In this document: one piece after another, positions 39,722-49,190 of the stretch
Position numbering within the stretch: position 1 is the first letter of the stretch
How the letters are laid out: every line of letters begins with the position of its first letter
Assembly: GCA_013288565.1 (NCBI GenBank)
Contig: JABDBP010000005.1
Coordinates: 8,746-72,745, forward strand
Origin: Alphaproteobacteria bacterium
GTDB lineage: Bacteria > Pseudomonadota > Alphaproteobacteria > Rickettsiales > JABDBP01
DNA length: 64,000 nucleotides
Reading direction: 5' to 3'
Made by a program: the position numbers and the translations under genes
The notes under the pieces: generated by a model
What the model saw: only the letters and a program-made list of their open reading frames with translations
Told to the model about the DNA's origin: nothing
Databases searched by the model: none

Positions 39722-40246
39722 TCATTTTTTTACCTTAAAAAACGTATATGACAAGGTAATAGTTTTTAAATTGGCCAAATCCTTGTCTTTTGTGATTTCC
39801 GGGTCGATAAAAAACACCACCGGCAACCTGATTTTTTGATGGGCTTTAAGCGTCTGGTTTTCGAAACAGAAGCACTGGATTTTATTGAAATAGGCAGCCG
39901 CCTCTTCCGGTGTCACGTTATATACGGCCTGGCCGGTTACCGGCTTGTCGCTTAAGTTTTCAGCCCGGTAGGCAACTTTTTTATTCTCACCGATTTTAAG
40001 CGTTATTTTCTTTTGCAGCGGATAGAATTTCCACGGCAAATTCGGATCGACATCGGCGTTGAAAGTGACGGTGATTTTCCGGTCAAGAATTTGCGAATGA
40101 TTAGCTTCTACCCGCTTGGTCGTGCCGTTGAACCCGGTGGCGGCGCAAAACAGCCGATATAATGGCACCGATGCATAAGCGATGCATACCATGCCTATAG
40201 CGATGGCGAGCAAGCTCAAGGCGAGATGATGGTTTTTTTTAGACAT
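39722..40246 (-). CDS. ctaG: cytochrome c oxidase assembly protein CtaG/Cox11
   Basis: 174 aa. TM anchor, SVPLYRLFCAATGFNGT, and the copper motif IQCFCF. Confidence 0.85.
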   Translation of the reverse strand: MSKKNHHLALSLLAIAIGMVCIAYASVPLYRLFCAATGFNGTTKRVEANHSQILDRKITVTFNADVDPNLPWKFYPLQKKITLKIGENKKVAYRAENLSDKPVTGQAVYNVTPEEAAAYFNKIQCFCFENQTLKAHQKIRLPVVFFIDPEITKDKDLANLKTITLSYTFFKVKK

Positions 40247-40343
40247 GCGGAAACCGCACGATCGTGATGCAGAAAAATAGAATCACGGTCGCCAGTAATA
40301 TCACTAGAAGCATGATGTTTTTTGCTTTCTGCTTCTTGTGCAT
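40239..40343 (-). CDS. possible 34-aa single-TM peptide between ctaB and ctaG
   Basis: Not in the ORF track (too short). ATG lies 2 nt after the ctaB stop. Sequence MHKKQKAKNIMLLVILLATVILFFCITIVRFPHV. The stop overlaps the ctaG start (ATGTCTAA). Confidence 0.4.
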   Translation of the reverse strand: MHKKQKAKNIMLLVILLATVILFFCITIVRFPHV

Positions 40344-40344
40344 A

Positions 40345-41652
<1,308 letters not shown>

Positions 41653-41725
41653 TTTAAGCGCTCAGCCAAACATTTTTAGTGACACACGCTTGGATTTTCG
41701 AGTAAATACGGCCAAATCTTTCGCC

Positions 41726-41802
41726 GGGCGGTTAGCTCAGTTGGTTAGAGCGCTACGTTGACATCGTAGAGGTCGTTGGTTCGAGCCCAATACCGCCCAC
41801 CA
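41726..41802 (+). tRNA. tRNA-Val (anticodon GAC)
   Basis: Hand-folded 77-nt cloverleaf. Acceptor GGGCGGT/ACCGCCC, anticodon stem CTACG/CGTAG, loop TTGACAT, T-loop GGTTCGAGC, encoded CCA. Confidence 0.9.
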
Positions 41803-42042
41803 TCCGCCTTCGCTTACGCTACGGCGCGACAAGCGTCGGAGTGTTAGAGAAGCGGATGCCGCGCTGTAGCCCGGAACGGGCGAAAGCGGGCTGGAGACTG
41901 GTTCGCATTAGACTGCACCCACCACCACGCTTCGCCTTCGGCTACGCATGGCGCAGCCACGACGGAGCCCGATCTTAGGCGAAGCAGTGTCCGGCGTAGC
42001 TCCGTTAGGAGCATAGACGGACTAAAGACTGGTTAGTTCAGG
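41797..42042 (+). repeat. two tandem, diverged units of about 120 bp, each starting with the tRNA 3'-end string CCCACCA and rich in internal stems
   Basis: Unit 1 is about 41797-41917 and unit 2 about 41918-42042. Shared landmarks in the same order: cccacca, cttcgc, gctacg, g(t/a)cggag, gaagc, gtagc, agactggtt. Confidence 0.7.
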
Positions 42043-42091
42043 AAGATAATACCTCGCATTATCGCAAGTGAGGCCATAGATTTTGATTGTA

Positions 42092-43519
42092 CTAACGAAT
42101 CGCACGGGGAGAAGTAGTTGTCTGAACTTCCAGAAGCCCTTGAAACAACTCCGGTCGTGCTATGATAGTGCGGCATGCTGTATAGAAATAACTGTGCAGT
42201 TCGTGGGTCATCATATCTCTAGTGTCAGCTGGCAACTGCCTGGAAAACGCATCGAAAGCACGCGCTGCTTGTACTCTCTCCTGTGTTCGTCCATCTGGAT
42301 CAAGAATTCCATCAAATAATGGCCGATGATCTCTGGCTACTCTGCATGTAGTAAACAGCATTATATCCCCCGGCCAACTTTTATCATTAGCATAACGTTT
42401 TAAATCATCCGGCAACCGTTCGACAAATGCCATATAGGCAGCTGAACCTTGACCTGTATTCCGTCGCAAAACATCATCCGATGCGGCAGCAGGTGCTGAA
42501 GCACGAAGTGCCTCAGCATTTGGCCTTGCTACTATTGCCGATGCATTTTCACCAGTTCCTGGTAAAACTCGTCGTTGCCAACCATCAGGCAAAGGCTGAC
42601 TTCTTCCGGGCGTTTGAAACCTATGCAATTCAGCTGGATCCTGCCCGTTAAATGCAGCTTCTATATCAGCCGCAGTGAAGCGCATCCCGGTTTCCGGTGC
42701 GCGTAAATATCGACCAACTTTTGATGGTTGCCTTCCATTATCCCTTTCTAGCACAAGCACATCTCTCAATATGCCATACCATGGGCCGCGATCCACTAGG
42801 GTGGGGCGCGCAAGGTCAAAATTAACCAGCGCCCGCATCGTCTCATCCGAATCATGGCACGTGCTGGCATATTGTAAGAGATGAAAGATACGCAATATAT
42901 TTGGATCTGGTGGAGTTGCTTGAAGAATACCCATAGTAATTTGATAATTATTTTTCTCAGCTATTTTATCAATGAGGTCAATTTCATATTGCGGTTTATA
43001 TCCCTCTATCTCGAAATCAAACACCTTGCGCGAAGGCGGTGGCGGATAAAATGTCAGTAACCCTCCGGGCGAAATTAAAGAATCTCCTCTCCTTGCAAGC
43101 GCATACTGCGGAGCCTGAGATTCACTAATATGGGCACCGCGATCAGCTAATATCCGAATTCCCTCAACAAAATCCCTTTCCAATGCAAATCCGAGGGGAT
43201 GTAATGACTCGAGCCCTATTATAGTGAATCCGGATTCAAGATCTTGCGAAGAATATCCACGGAATGTATCCCTGATTGCTGGAAGCTGCTGATTGGCGTT
43301 TGCACCTTGTGCCATTGCCTCTTCCAAAAGTGTCACATCTCTTTTTGCCAGCGCCTGCCACATTTTATCCATAGCTTCATCTTTAAAAGCTAGCCGGCAT
43401 ATAGGCTTCCCCATAAAGGCAGAAAATTGGGTAAAATCCACGCCATAGCCAATATTTATCGGCTGTTCCGGAACGGGAGATTGTACTGGTGGCGTGGTTT
43501 TAATTCGTTTTCTAGCCAT
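42092..43519 (-). CDS. orphan hypothetical protein with two ankyrin-like repeats near the N-terminus
   Basis: 475 aa with no family recognised. Segments ALAKRDVTLLEEAMAQGANAN and HPLGFALERDFVEGIRILADRGAHI resemble the ANK consensus. Confidence 0.5.
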   Translation of the reverse strand: MARKRIKTTPPVQSPVPEQPINIGYGVDFTQFSAFMGKPICRLAFKDEAMDKMWQALAKRDVTLLEEAMAQGANANQQLPAIRDTFRGYSSQDLESGFTIIGLESLHPLGFALERDFVEGIRILADRGAHISESQAPQYALARRGDSLISPGGLLTFYPPPPSRKVFDFEIEGYKPQYEIDLIDKIAEKNNYQITMGILQATPPDPNILRIFHLLQYASTCHDSDETMRALVNFDLARPTLVDRGPWYGILRDVLVLERDNGRQPSKVGRYLRAPETGMRFTAADIEAAFNGQDPAELHRFQTPGRSQPLPDGWQRRVLPGTGENASAIVARPNAEALRASAPAAASDDVLRRNTGQGSAAYMAFVERLPDDLKRYANDKSWPGDIMLFTTCRVARDHRPLFDGILDPDGRTQERVQAARAFDAFSRQLPADTRDMMTHELHSYFYTACRTIIARPELFQGLLEVQTTTSPRAIR

Positions 43520-43623
43520 AAATTATATGTAGCATCTTATTAACTTTTCCCTCATTATAATTGGTAATTATTAATAAAACGTTAACTACAAAGAAGGTAT
43601 TGCTAAATTATAATAGACTTGGC

Positions 43624-43691
43624 GTCATTCCAGCGAAAGCTGGAATCTTAACTTATTGATCTTTCTAGATTCCTGCTTACGCAGGAATGAC
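43624..43691. repeat. pair of REP-type palindromic elements in inverted orientation
   Basis: gtcattccagcgaaagctggaatc (43624-43647) and gattcctgcttacgcaggaatgac (43668-43691). Same family as the copies at 54063 and 54563. Confidence 0.75.
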
Positions 43692-43748
43692 GGCATTAGG
43701 GCAAATCTATAATTAGTTAGCAATTCCAATTTGACAACTATAACGCCA

Positions 43749-44363
43749 ATGCTCCGCACCCTCATCACCCGCGAATTACGGCTGTTATATAGGAAAAAAT
43801 CCGAGCTTTTGCAGCTCGTGGCATTCCTTGCCCTGGCGCTGATGATATTGCCTTTCGCAGTGGAAAATCCGCAAACCATTGCGCCCGGATATATCTGGAT
43901 CATCCAACTATTCTTGGTTTTCCTCTCGCTCAAATTCTTTTTCGATGATGACTGGCGGGATGGCAGCCTAGAGCAGCTTTTCCTGGGGCTCCCCTCGCCC
44001 ACCTATATAGTTATCGCCAAATATATCGCCTATTCGCTGGCGATAATCGCGGTTTCGCTTCCGGCGCTGCCGCTATTAGCGCTATTGTTCCGGGCGGATA
44101 TGGTAACTCTGGTGAAAACCGCTATTTCCCTGATAGCCGGAATCCCATGCTTAGCTGCAATCGGCGGATTCGGGGCGGCGCTGACGCTCGGCAGCAAAAA
44201 AGCCGGGATAATAATCCCAGTCATATTGATTCCGCTCTATATCCCGGTTTTGATATTCGCCGTTTCCGGGACTTTTGCTATGCAGGCCGCACTTTTGTTG
44301 CTCATCGCCCCACTTTCGATTTATTTTTCGGGCTTGGCGTTAAAAATCGCTATAAAAGAATAA
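43749..44363 (+). CDS. ccmB: heme exporter protein B (cytochrome c maturation)
   Basis: Six-TM protein with ELRLLYRKKSELLQ and DDWRDGSLEQL motifs. An alternative TTG start is at 43731. Confidence 0.8.
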   Translation: MLRTLITRELRLLYRKKSELLQLVAFLALALMILPFAVENPQTIAPGYIWIIQLFLVFLSLKFFFDDDWRDGSLEQLFLGLPSPTYIVIAKYIAYSLAIIAVSLPALPLLALLFRADMVTLVKTAISLIAGIPCLAAIGGFGAALTLGSKKAGIIIPVILIPLYIPVLIFAVSGTFAMQAALLLLIAPLSIYFSGLALKIAIKE

Positions 44364-44422
44364 CACTTGAATTGTGACTAAGTTTTCCCATATAAAAACA
44401 ATCCAACCAAAAGGAGATCAAC

Positions 44423-45025
44423 ATGACCGTTCTCGTCGGCAAACAAGCCCCGGATTTCAGCGCAAAAGCAGTAATGCCGGATAACACAATCAACGATAAT
44501 TTCAACCTGAAGAATTTCATCGGCGGCCATATCGGCATCCTGTTTTTCTATCCGCTGGATTTCACTTTCGTCTGCCCTTCGGAAATCATCGCCTTCAATA
44601 ACCGGCTACCGGAATTCAAAAGCCGTAATGCGGAATTGGTGGCCGTCAGCGTCGATTCGCATTTCAGCCATTTGGCGTGGAAGAATACTCCCGTCGAAAA
44701 AGGCGGCATCGGCAACGTGCAATTCCCGATGGTCGCGGATTTGACCAAATCCATCGCCCGGCAATATGATGTTCTGTTTCATGATGAAGTGGCGCTGCGC
44801 GGCACCTTCATGATCGATAAGGAAGGCGTAGTCCGGCACCAGGTGGTGAATGATCTGCCGCTGGGCCGGAACGTGGATGAAACCCTCCGCATGGTCGACT
44901 CGCTGATTTTCCACGAGGAGAACGGCGAGGTCTGCCCGGCGGGATGGAATAAAGGCGACCAGGGTATGAAAGCGACTTCGGAAGGAGTGGCGTCGTATTT
45001 AGCCGGACACGCGAAGAAATTGTAA
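44423..45025 (+). CDS. typical 2-Cys peroxiredoxin (AhpC/Prx1 type)
   Basis: 200 aa. Peroxidatic FTFVCPSE and resolving GEVCPAGW. AAGGAG RBS upstream. Confidence 0.9.
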   Translation: MTVLVGKQAPDFSAKAVMPDNTINDNFNLKNFIGGHIGILFFYPLDFTFVCPSEIIAFNNRLPEFKSRNAELVAVSVDSHFSHLAWKNTPVEKGGIGNVQFPMVADLTKSIARQYDVLFHDEVALRGTFMIDKEGVVRHQVVNDLPLGRNVDETLRMVDSLIFHEENGEVCPAGWNKGDQGMKATSEGVASYLAGHAKKL

Positions 45026-45080
45026 CTGGATGACTAGTAACTGGAAAGAATTCTAGTTACCAGTTACCAGCTATCCTCTT

Positions 45081-46007
45081 ATGCCTCAGCACCACACCCA
45101 CGTACTCATACTCGGCTCCGGCCCGGCGGGTTGCGCGGCCGCCATATACGCCGCGCGCGCCAACCGCCAACCGATATTGATTAATGGCATCCAGCCCGGC
45201 GGCCAACTCACCATCACCACCGATGTGGAAAATTACCCCGGTTTCGCCGATGTAATACAAGGCCCGTGGCTGATGGAGCAGATGATCAAACAGTGCGAGC
45301 ATGTCGGTACCCGCATTTTCAGTGACCACATCACCAAGGTGGATTTGAGCAAAAAACCGTTCACCGCAACCGGAGAATCTGGCACGGTTTATACCGGCGA
45401 TTCAATCATTATATGCACAGGAGCGCAGGCAAAATGGCTGGGCCTGGAATCAGAGAAAAAATTCCAGGGCTACGGCGTTTCCGGCTGCGCTACCTGCGAC
45501 GGATTTTTCTTTAAGGGCAAGGAAGTTGCGGTAGTGGGCGGCGGTAATAGCGCCGTTGAGGAGGCCTTATACCTCACTAATCACGCAAGCAAGGTAACGG
45601 TCATTCATAGGCGCGATAAATTCCGCGCGGAAAAAATCCTCCAGGATAGGCTGTTCAAAAACCCGAAAATAAACGTTATTTGGAATTCGCAGGTGAAGGA
45701 AGTTCTCGGCGGGGGAAATCCGCCGGGAGTTACGGGAGTGAAGATTATTGAATCAGGAAAAGAGCGGGAATTGAAAGTTGATGGCGTGTTCATTGCTATC
45801 GGCCATTTCCCGAACACCGCATTGTTCAAGGGCATGATCGATATGGATAATGATGGTTATATAATAACCAAAGCCAACAGCACGAAAACCAATATCCCTG
45901 GCGTTTTCGCTGCGGGGGACGTGCAGGATAAAATCTTCCGCCAGGCCGTCACTGCCGCCGGCACCGGCTGCATGGCGGCGCTGGAGATAGAGAAGTATTT
46001 GGGGTGA
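45081..46007 (+). CDS. trxB: thioredoxin-disulfide reductase
   Basis: 308 aa. GSGPAG, redox-active CATCDG, GGGNSAVEEA. Confidence 0.95.
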   Translation: MPQHHTHVLILGSGPAGCAAAIYAARANRQPILINGIQPGGQLTITTDVENYPGFADVIQGPWLMEQMIKQCEHVGTRIFSDHITKVDLSKKPFTATGESGTVYTGDSIIICTGAQAKWLGLESEKKFQGYGVSGCATCDGFFFKGKEVAVVGGGNSAVEEALYLTNHASKVTVIHRRDKFRAEKILQDRLFKNPKINVIWNSQVKEVLGGGNPPGVTGVKIIESGKERELKVDGVFIAIGHFPNTALFKGMIDMDNDGYIITKANSTKTNIPGVFAAGDVQDKIFRQAVTAAGTGCMAALEIEKYLG

Positions 46008-46023
46008 GACACGCAACAAAAAA

Positions 46024-46045
46024 GGCCGGGTTTCCCCGGCCTTTT
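46024..46045. terminator. bidirectional rho-independent terminator between trxB and the pilin-like gene
   Basis: ggccggg-tttc-cccggcc stem-loop, flanked by an A-run upstream and a T-run downstream. Confidence 0.75.
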
Positions 46046-46066
46046 CGTTAACAATCAATGGAGAGA

Positions 46067-46831
46067 TTAGTTACTGAGACGAATCGCAAAGCCGCATTCA
46101 GTCGCAGTGTCTACTTGGTTATATTTTAGACCACCGGTAAACACGCAATCACCAGCACCAGCCGCACCGATGAGACCTGCAGCACTTAAAGCAACACCGG
46201 CGGTACTATCGCGAGCTTGCACAAGGCCGGTGGTAGGAACACCGTCATCTAGTTTAGTGTCTATTTGGAAAGTCTGGTCAGCAGTATATTGAGGCCCAAG
46301 GACTGCGGCACCGGCAGCACCGTTATCCCCAAGTATCCCATATCTGACCCAGTTCTTATTAGTAGCGGCATCGCCATACAGCGTTATCCCACCACCAACC
46401 TTGGCAGCAATCAAATCACCCCCAGAGCTGGCAAAAGAGGAAGCACCGTTACCGCTCGGGTTAACAGCGACTCCGGGAACCAGACCCAGTTCCTCCAATT
46501 CGGCAACGGCATTGGCTTCTTCCGTAGCTTTGTATGTCGTTTCTTCAGCAGCAACACCAGTACCGATCAATCCATTTTGGTCACCTGCCGCAACACCAGC
46601 CGTGGCAAACCCTGCAATGTTCTTAGTATCGCCGGGTAAATAGCCGTTTCTTAAATAAAAGGCATTAACCGCAGTATCAATCTTATTAAACTGGGTTATT
46701 TCAGCTTGCAGTTTTGCTGAATTTATCAACGACTGCCCCGCCAGCACCCCACCGACGATAAGGCCGATGATCACCAGTACGATCGAAAGCTCAACTAGAG
46801 TAAAGCCGCGCTCATTCTTTCTGTTAGACAT
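46067..46831 (-). CDS. prepilin-type N-terminal cleavage/methylation domain protein (large pilin/pseudopilin-like)
   Basis: Start at MSNRKNERGFTLVELSIVLVIIGLIVGG with a GGAGGA RBS. Gly/Ala-rich body and a C-terminal Cys pair. Confidence 0.7.
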   Translation of the reverse strand: MSNRKNERGFTLVELSIVLVIIGLIVGGVLAGQSLINSAKLQAEITQFNKIDTAVNAFYLRNGYLPGDTKNIAGFATAGVAAGDQNGLIGTGVAAEETTYKATEEANAVAELEELGLVPGVAVNPSGNGASSFASSGGDLIAAKVGGGITLYGDAATNKNWVRYGILGDNGAAGAAVLGPQYTADQTFQIDTKLDDGVPTTGLVQARDSTAGVALSAAGLIGAAGAGDCVFTGGLKYNQVDTATECGFAIRLSN

Positions 46832-47002
46832 ATTTCCTCCAAATTTGTTAACCACGAGAAACAGTATAGCACTTGTTACCCCTTTGCACCTCAAAAAAAA
46901 GCATTTTTCGACGAAATAGTCGCAATAATTCGCATAAAATTTTAAGTAGTGGCTTATTTACACATGTGTATAAAATATGTATAAATATTTCGCCACTGAG
47001 AT

Positions 47003-47443
47003 TCAAGCACCGCTAGCATATAATACCCCCTCCTCGCTTCTTCTGGCAACCAGCCCAGGTATTATCCGGCCTTTCGCCCGTACCCATTTCATCAATTCCT
47101 TCGGTACCATGTTATCATCCCCAGCATTGACTTTCCGCCGTAGGGTTGAACGCTGCAGTGCCGCGCCGCCGAGGTTATAAGTAAAAGAAATAAGCGCCGC
47201 CTCCTGCTCTGGCTTAACCACCCGTTTTATGAGTCTTTTCACCACCCGATCAGCTATTTCCGCATCCGCGGCCAGCAGTTCCAGCGCCTTATCCTCAGCC
47301 AGCGGTTCGGCTATATGTTCATTTGGGCATATTTTATGTCCGTAACCAATAGTTTTATACCCGGCAGGACACAAATACGATATAGCGGAAAACCCCTCGT
47401 ATTTTTTTATTAACGGAATGGAAAGTTCCAGGGATTGAAACAT
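47003..47443 (-). CDS. phage-type lysozyme (GH24 endolysin)
   Basis: 146 aa. LIKKYEGFSAISYLCPAGYKTIGYGH with the catalytic Glu context. Confidence 0.8.
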   Translation of the reverse strand: MFQSLELSIPLIKKYEGFSAISYLCPAGYKTIGYGHKICPNEHIAEPLAEDKALELLAADAEIADRVVKRLIKRVVKPEQEAALISFTYNLGGAALQRSTLRRKVNAGDDNMVPKELMKWVRAKGRIIPGLVARRSEEGVLYASGA

Positions 47444-47510
47444 GATGTTAATAATGAGTAATTGGTGATTATAGCCTGATTTATAATGATTATCCTTTCT
47501 TTACTTACAG

Positions 47511-47936
47511 CTAACCCCGCATCTTCAAAATCGCCCGTTGCCCGAAATAAAAGCTGATGATGCTGGCGAAAATGATTTGGTCATCGCCGGTCCAGAGGGC
47601 TTCCAGATTCATGTTCAACACATGGAACTGGAAAACCTTGATCCCGGCATAAAGCAGGAAGAAAAAATAGGAAAGCACGGGCCGGACGCTTGCGTTCAGC
47701 GCATCTACCCAGCGCACACCGCTGTTGTAGGTTTTGTATAATTCCTTGGCCACTTCGGTATCGGCGTTGATTTTTATTTCCTCCAGATGGTTCTGAAAAC
47801 CGAGCTTCTCCTGCTCCATCTGCATCTGCAATATGTCAAGCTCGTGCCTCCTATCCGCCGCGTCGCCGATCATGCGGAGGATTTCCGGGAATGCGGAGGT
47901 TAAAAATCCGAGGAGTGAGCCGAAGAATGTGAGCAT
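47511..47936 (-). CDS. putative holin (3-TM GTA-type holin-like)
   Basis: 141 aa. N-terminal hydrophobic segment, helical linker, two C-terminal TM segments. Directly upstream of the lysozyme. Family assignment is from memory only. Confidence 0.5.
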   Translation of the reverse strand: MLTFFGSLLGFLTSAFPEILRMIGDAADRRHELDILQMQMEQEKLGFQNHLEEIKINADTEVAKELYKTYNSGVRWVDALNASVRPVLSYFFFLLYAGIKVFQFHVLNMNLEALWTGDDQIIFASIISFYFGQRAILKMRG

Positions 47937-48178
47937 TATTTACCTCCCATGATAAGGCTTTTCAGCGCCACCCACAGTAAATACAAAACCGCAGGAATCA
48001 GCACCGAAATCACCGCAAGTTTGATCCGCTCGTCATAACCCTGGCTGGATTTCCTGAGACGGCGTAGATAAAGCAGGTCGGCTTGGGTTTCGTTGATCTG
48101 ACGTAGGTCGAACCCAAGACTAGCCAATGTTTCCTGCACCGCCTCGCGAACGATTTTCCTGATGTCGTTATTAGGCAT
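47936..48178 (-). CDS. small C-terminally membrane-anchored protein (possibly lysis-associated)
   Basis: Start at MPNNDIRK overlaps the upstream stop (TGATG). C-terminal TM VISVLIPAVLYLLWVAL. Its stop overlaps the holin start. Confidence 0.45.
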   Translation of the reverse strand: MPNNDIRKIVREAVQETLASLGFDLRQINETQADLLYLRRLRKSSQGYDERIKLAVISVLIPAVLYLLWVALKSLIMGGK

Positions 48179-48768
48179 CAGGCCAAATTCCCAATCAAAA
48201 TCCACGTATTAGTCGCGGTTTGTTTCAGCGTTCCACCCGCATATTGCCCAGCCAAGTGGGTTTTCGTATTATACGAATTGATGGTGACGCCGCTGCCAGG
48301 GGAAATCCCCACCTGCCCAGCGCCAAGCTGGGCTATGTCGATTTCCGCACCAGTCGGGAAATTCACGCTAGAATTAGGCGGAACGGTCAGTGTTATCGCA
48401 CTTGCATTATTAAGCGTAACCAGATTCCCGGAATCACCTGCCGCCAGGGTATAACTCGTTCCCGTCTGTGCGTTAATCGGCCTATAGCCCTGAATTTGCA
48501 TCGGCGTCGTAGCACCCTGCGTCACACCGTCGATGTTGCCGCCGATGATAGCCACGCTACTTGCGCTTTGCGTTGCGATTGAACCCAACCCAAGGTTTGT
48601 CCGCGCACTGCTAGCACTCGAAACATCCGATAAATTATTAGATGCCAGCAGATTCGTCACCCATTTCACGCCGAGTGGTTTCGTATTGTCTGCCGCTAAG
48701 GATTGGCCACTAGCCGCACCTTGCAGGCTGAACCATGTCCTGAGTTTTGGCCCGATTTCCCCGAACAT
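48178..48768 (-). CDS. phage tail-fibre-like protein
   Basis: 196 aa. NLSDVSSASSARTNLGLGSIATQSASSVAIIGGNIDG resembles a common fibre N-terminal motif. Confidence 0.55.
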   Translation of the reverse strand: MFGEIGPKLRTWFSLQGAASGQSLAADNTKPLGVKWVTNLLASNNLSDVSSASSARTNLGLGSIATQSASSVAIIGGNIDGVTQGATTPMQIQGYRPINAQTGTSYTLAAGDSGNLVTLNNASAITLTVPPNSSVNFPTGAEIDIAQLGAGQVGISPGSGVTINSYNTKTHLAGQYAGGTLKQTATNTWILIGNLA

Positions 48769-49188
48769 CTAGAAATCCCCGCCAATTGCATTAATGCTTA
48801 TCAGCTTCGCCGAGGTAACTGTTGTGAGCGCCGTGCAGGTGAGAGTAGCGCCGTTTTTCAAATACAGGTATTTATTCCCGTTGGCATCATAGGCAAGGCC
48901 AGGCACTTGAGGGTTCCTTAAAATATCCACTGACGGAAGGGCATTAGTATTCCCGGAATTTGCGGGAATGTTCACCGTGCCAAGCAAATAATTTGTGCTG
49001 CTGATCGTTATAAAAAAAGAAATGTCGCGTGCTGACGTATCGCTCGAAGCGACAACCAGTGTTTCGATTTTTGATCCATTAGCACCGGCTGTGGCTATGG
49101 TTTTACTATTTGATGCATCGGCATTTGCGATCTGCACAACATAATTCTGTATGGTTTGCGGAAAGATAGGCGTTGCGGTGACAGTCAT
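48769..49188 (-). CDS. hypothetical phage structural protein
   Basis: 139 aa, Thr/Ser/Asn-rich and beta-rich. Tightly packed between the DUF2793 and fibre-like genes. Confidence 0.4.
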   Translation of the reverse strand: MTVTATPIFPQTIQNYVVQIANADASNSKTIATAGANGSKIETLVVASSDTSARDISFFITISSTNYLLGTVNIPANSGNTNALPSVDILRNPQVPGLAYDANGNKYLYLKNGATLTCTALTTVTSAKLISINAIGGDF

Positions 49189-49190
49189 GG

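Noticed and set aside
41797-42042. Possible CRISPR array or additional tRNA or tmRNA after tRNA-Val.
   Set aside because: There are only two long, diverged units with no short repeat-spacer periodicity. I could not fold a cloverleaf or a tRNA-like domain with a T-loop. It is kept as a tandem repeat finding instead.
43625-44002. 125-aa minus-strand ORF.
   Set aside because: It starts antisense to ccmB and runs into the REP pair. It is an artefact of the palindromes.
45026-45080. Repeat-containing spacer between the peroxiredoxin and trxB genes (gtaactgg .. ccagttac, agttacc agttacc) as an operator or terminator.
   Set aside because: The arms are short (8 bp) with no T-run. It could be chance in a 55-bp spacer, and the evidence is not strong enough to annotate.
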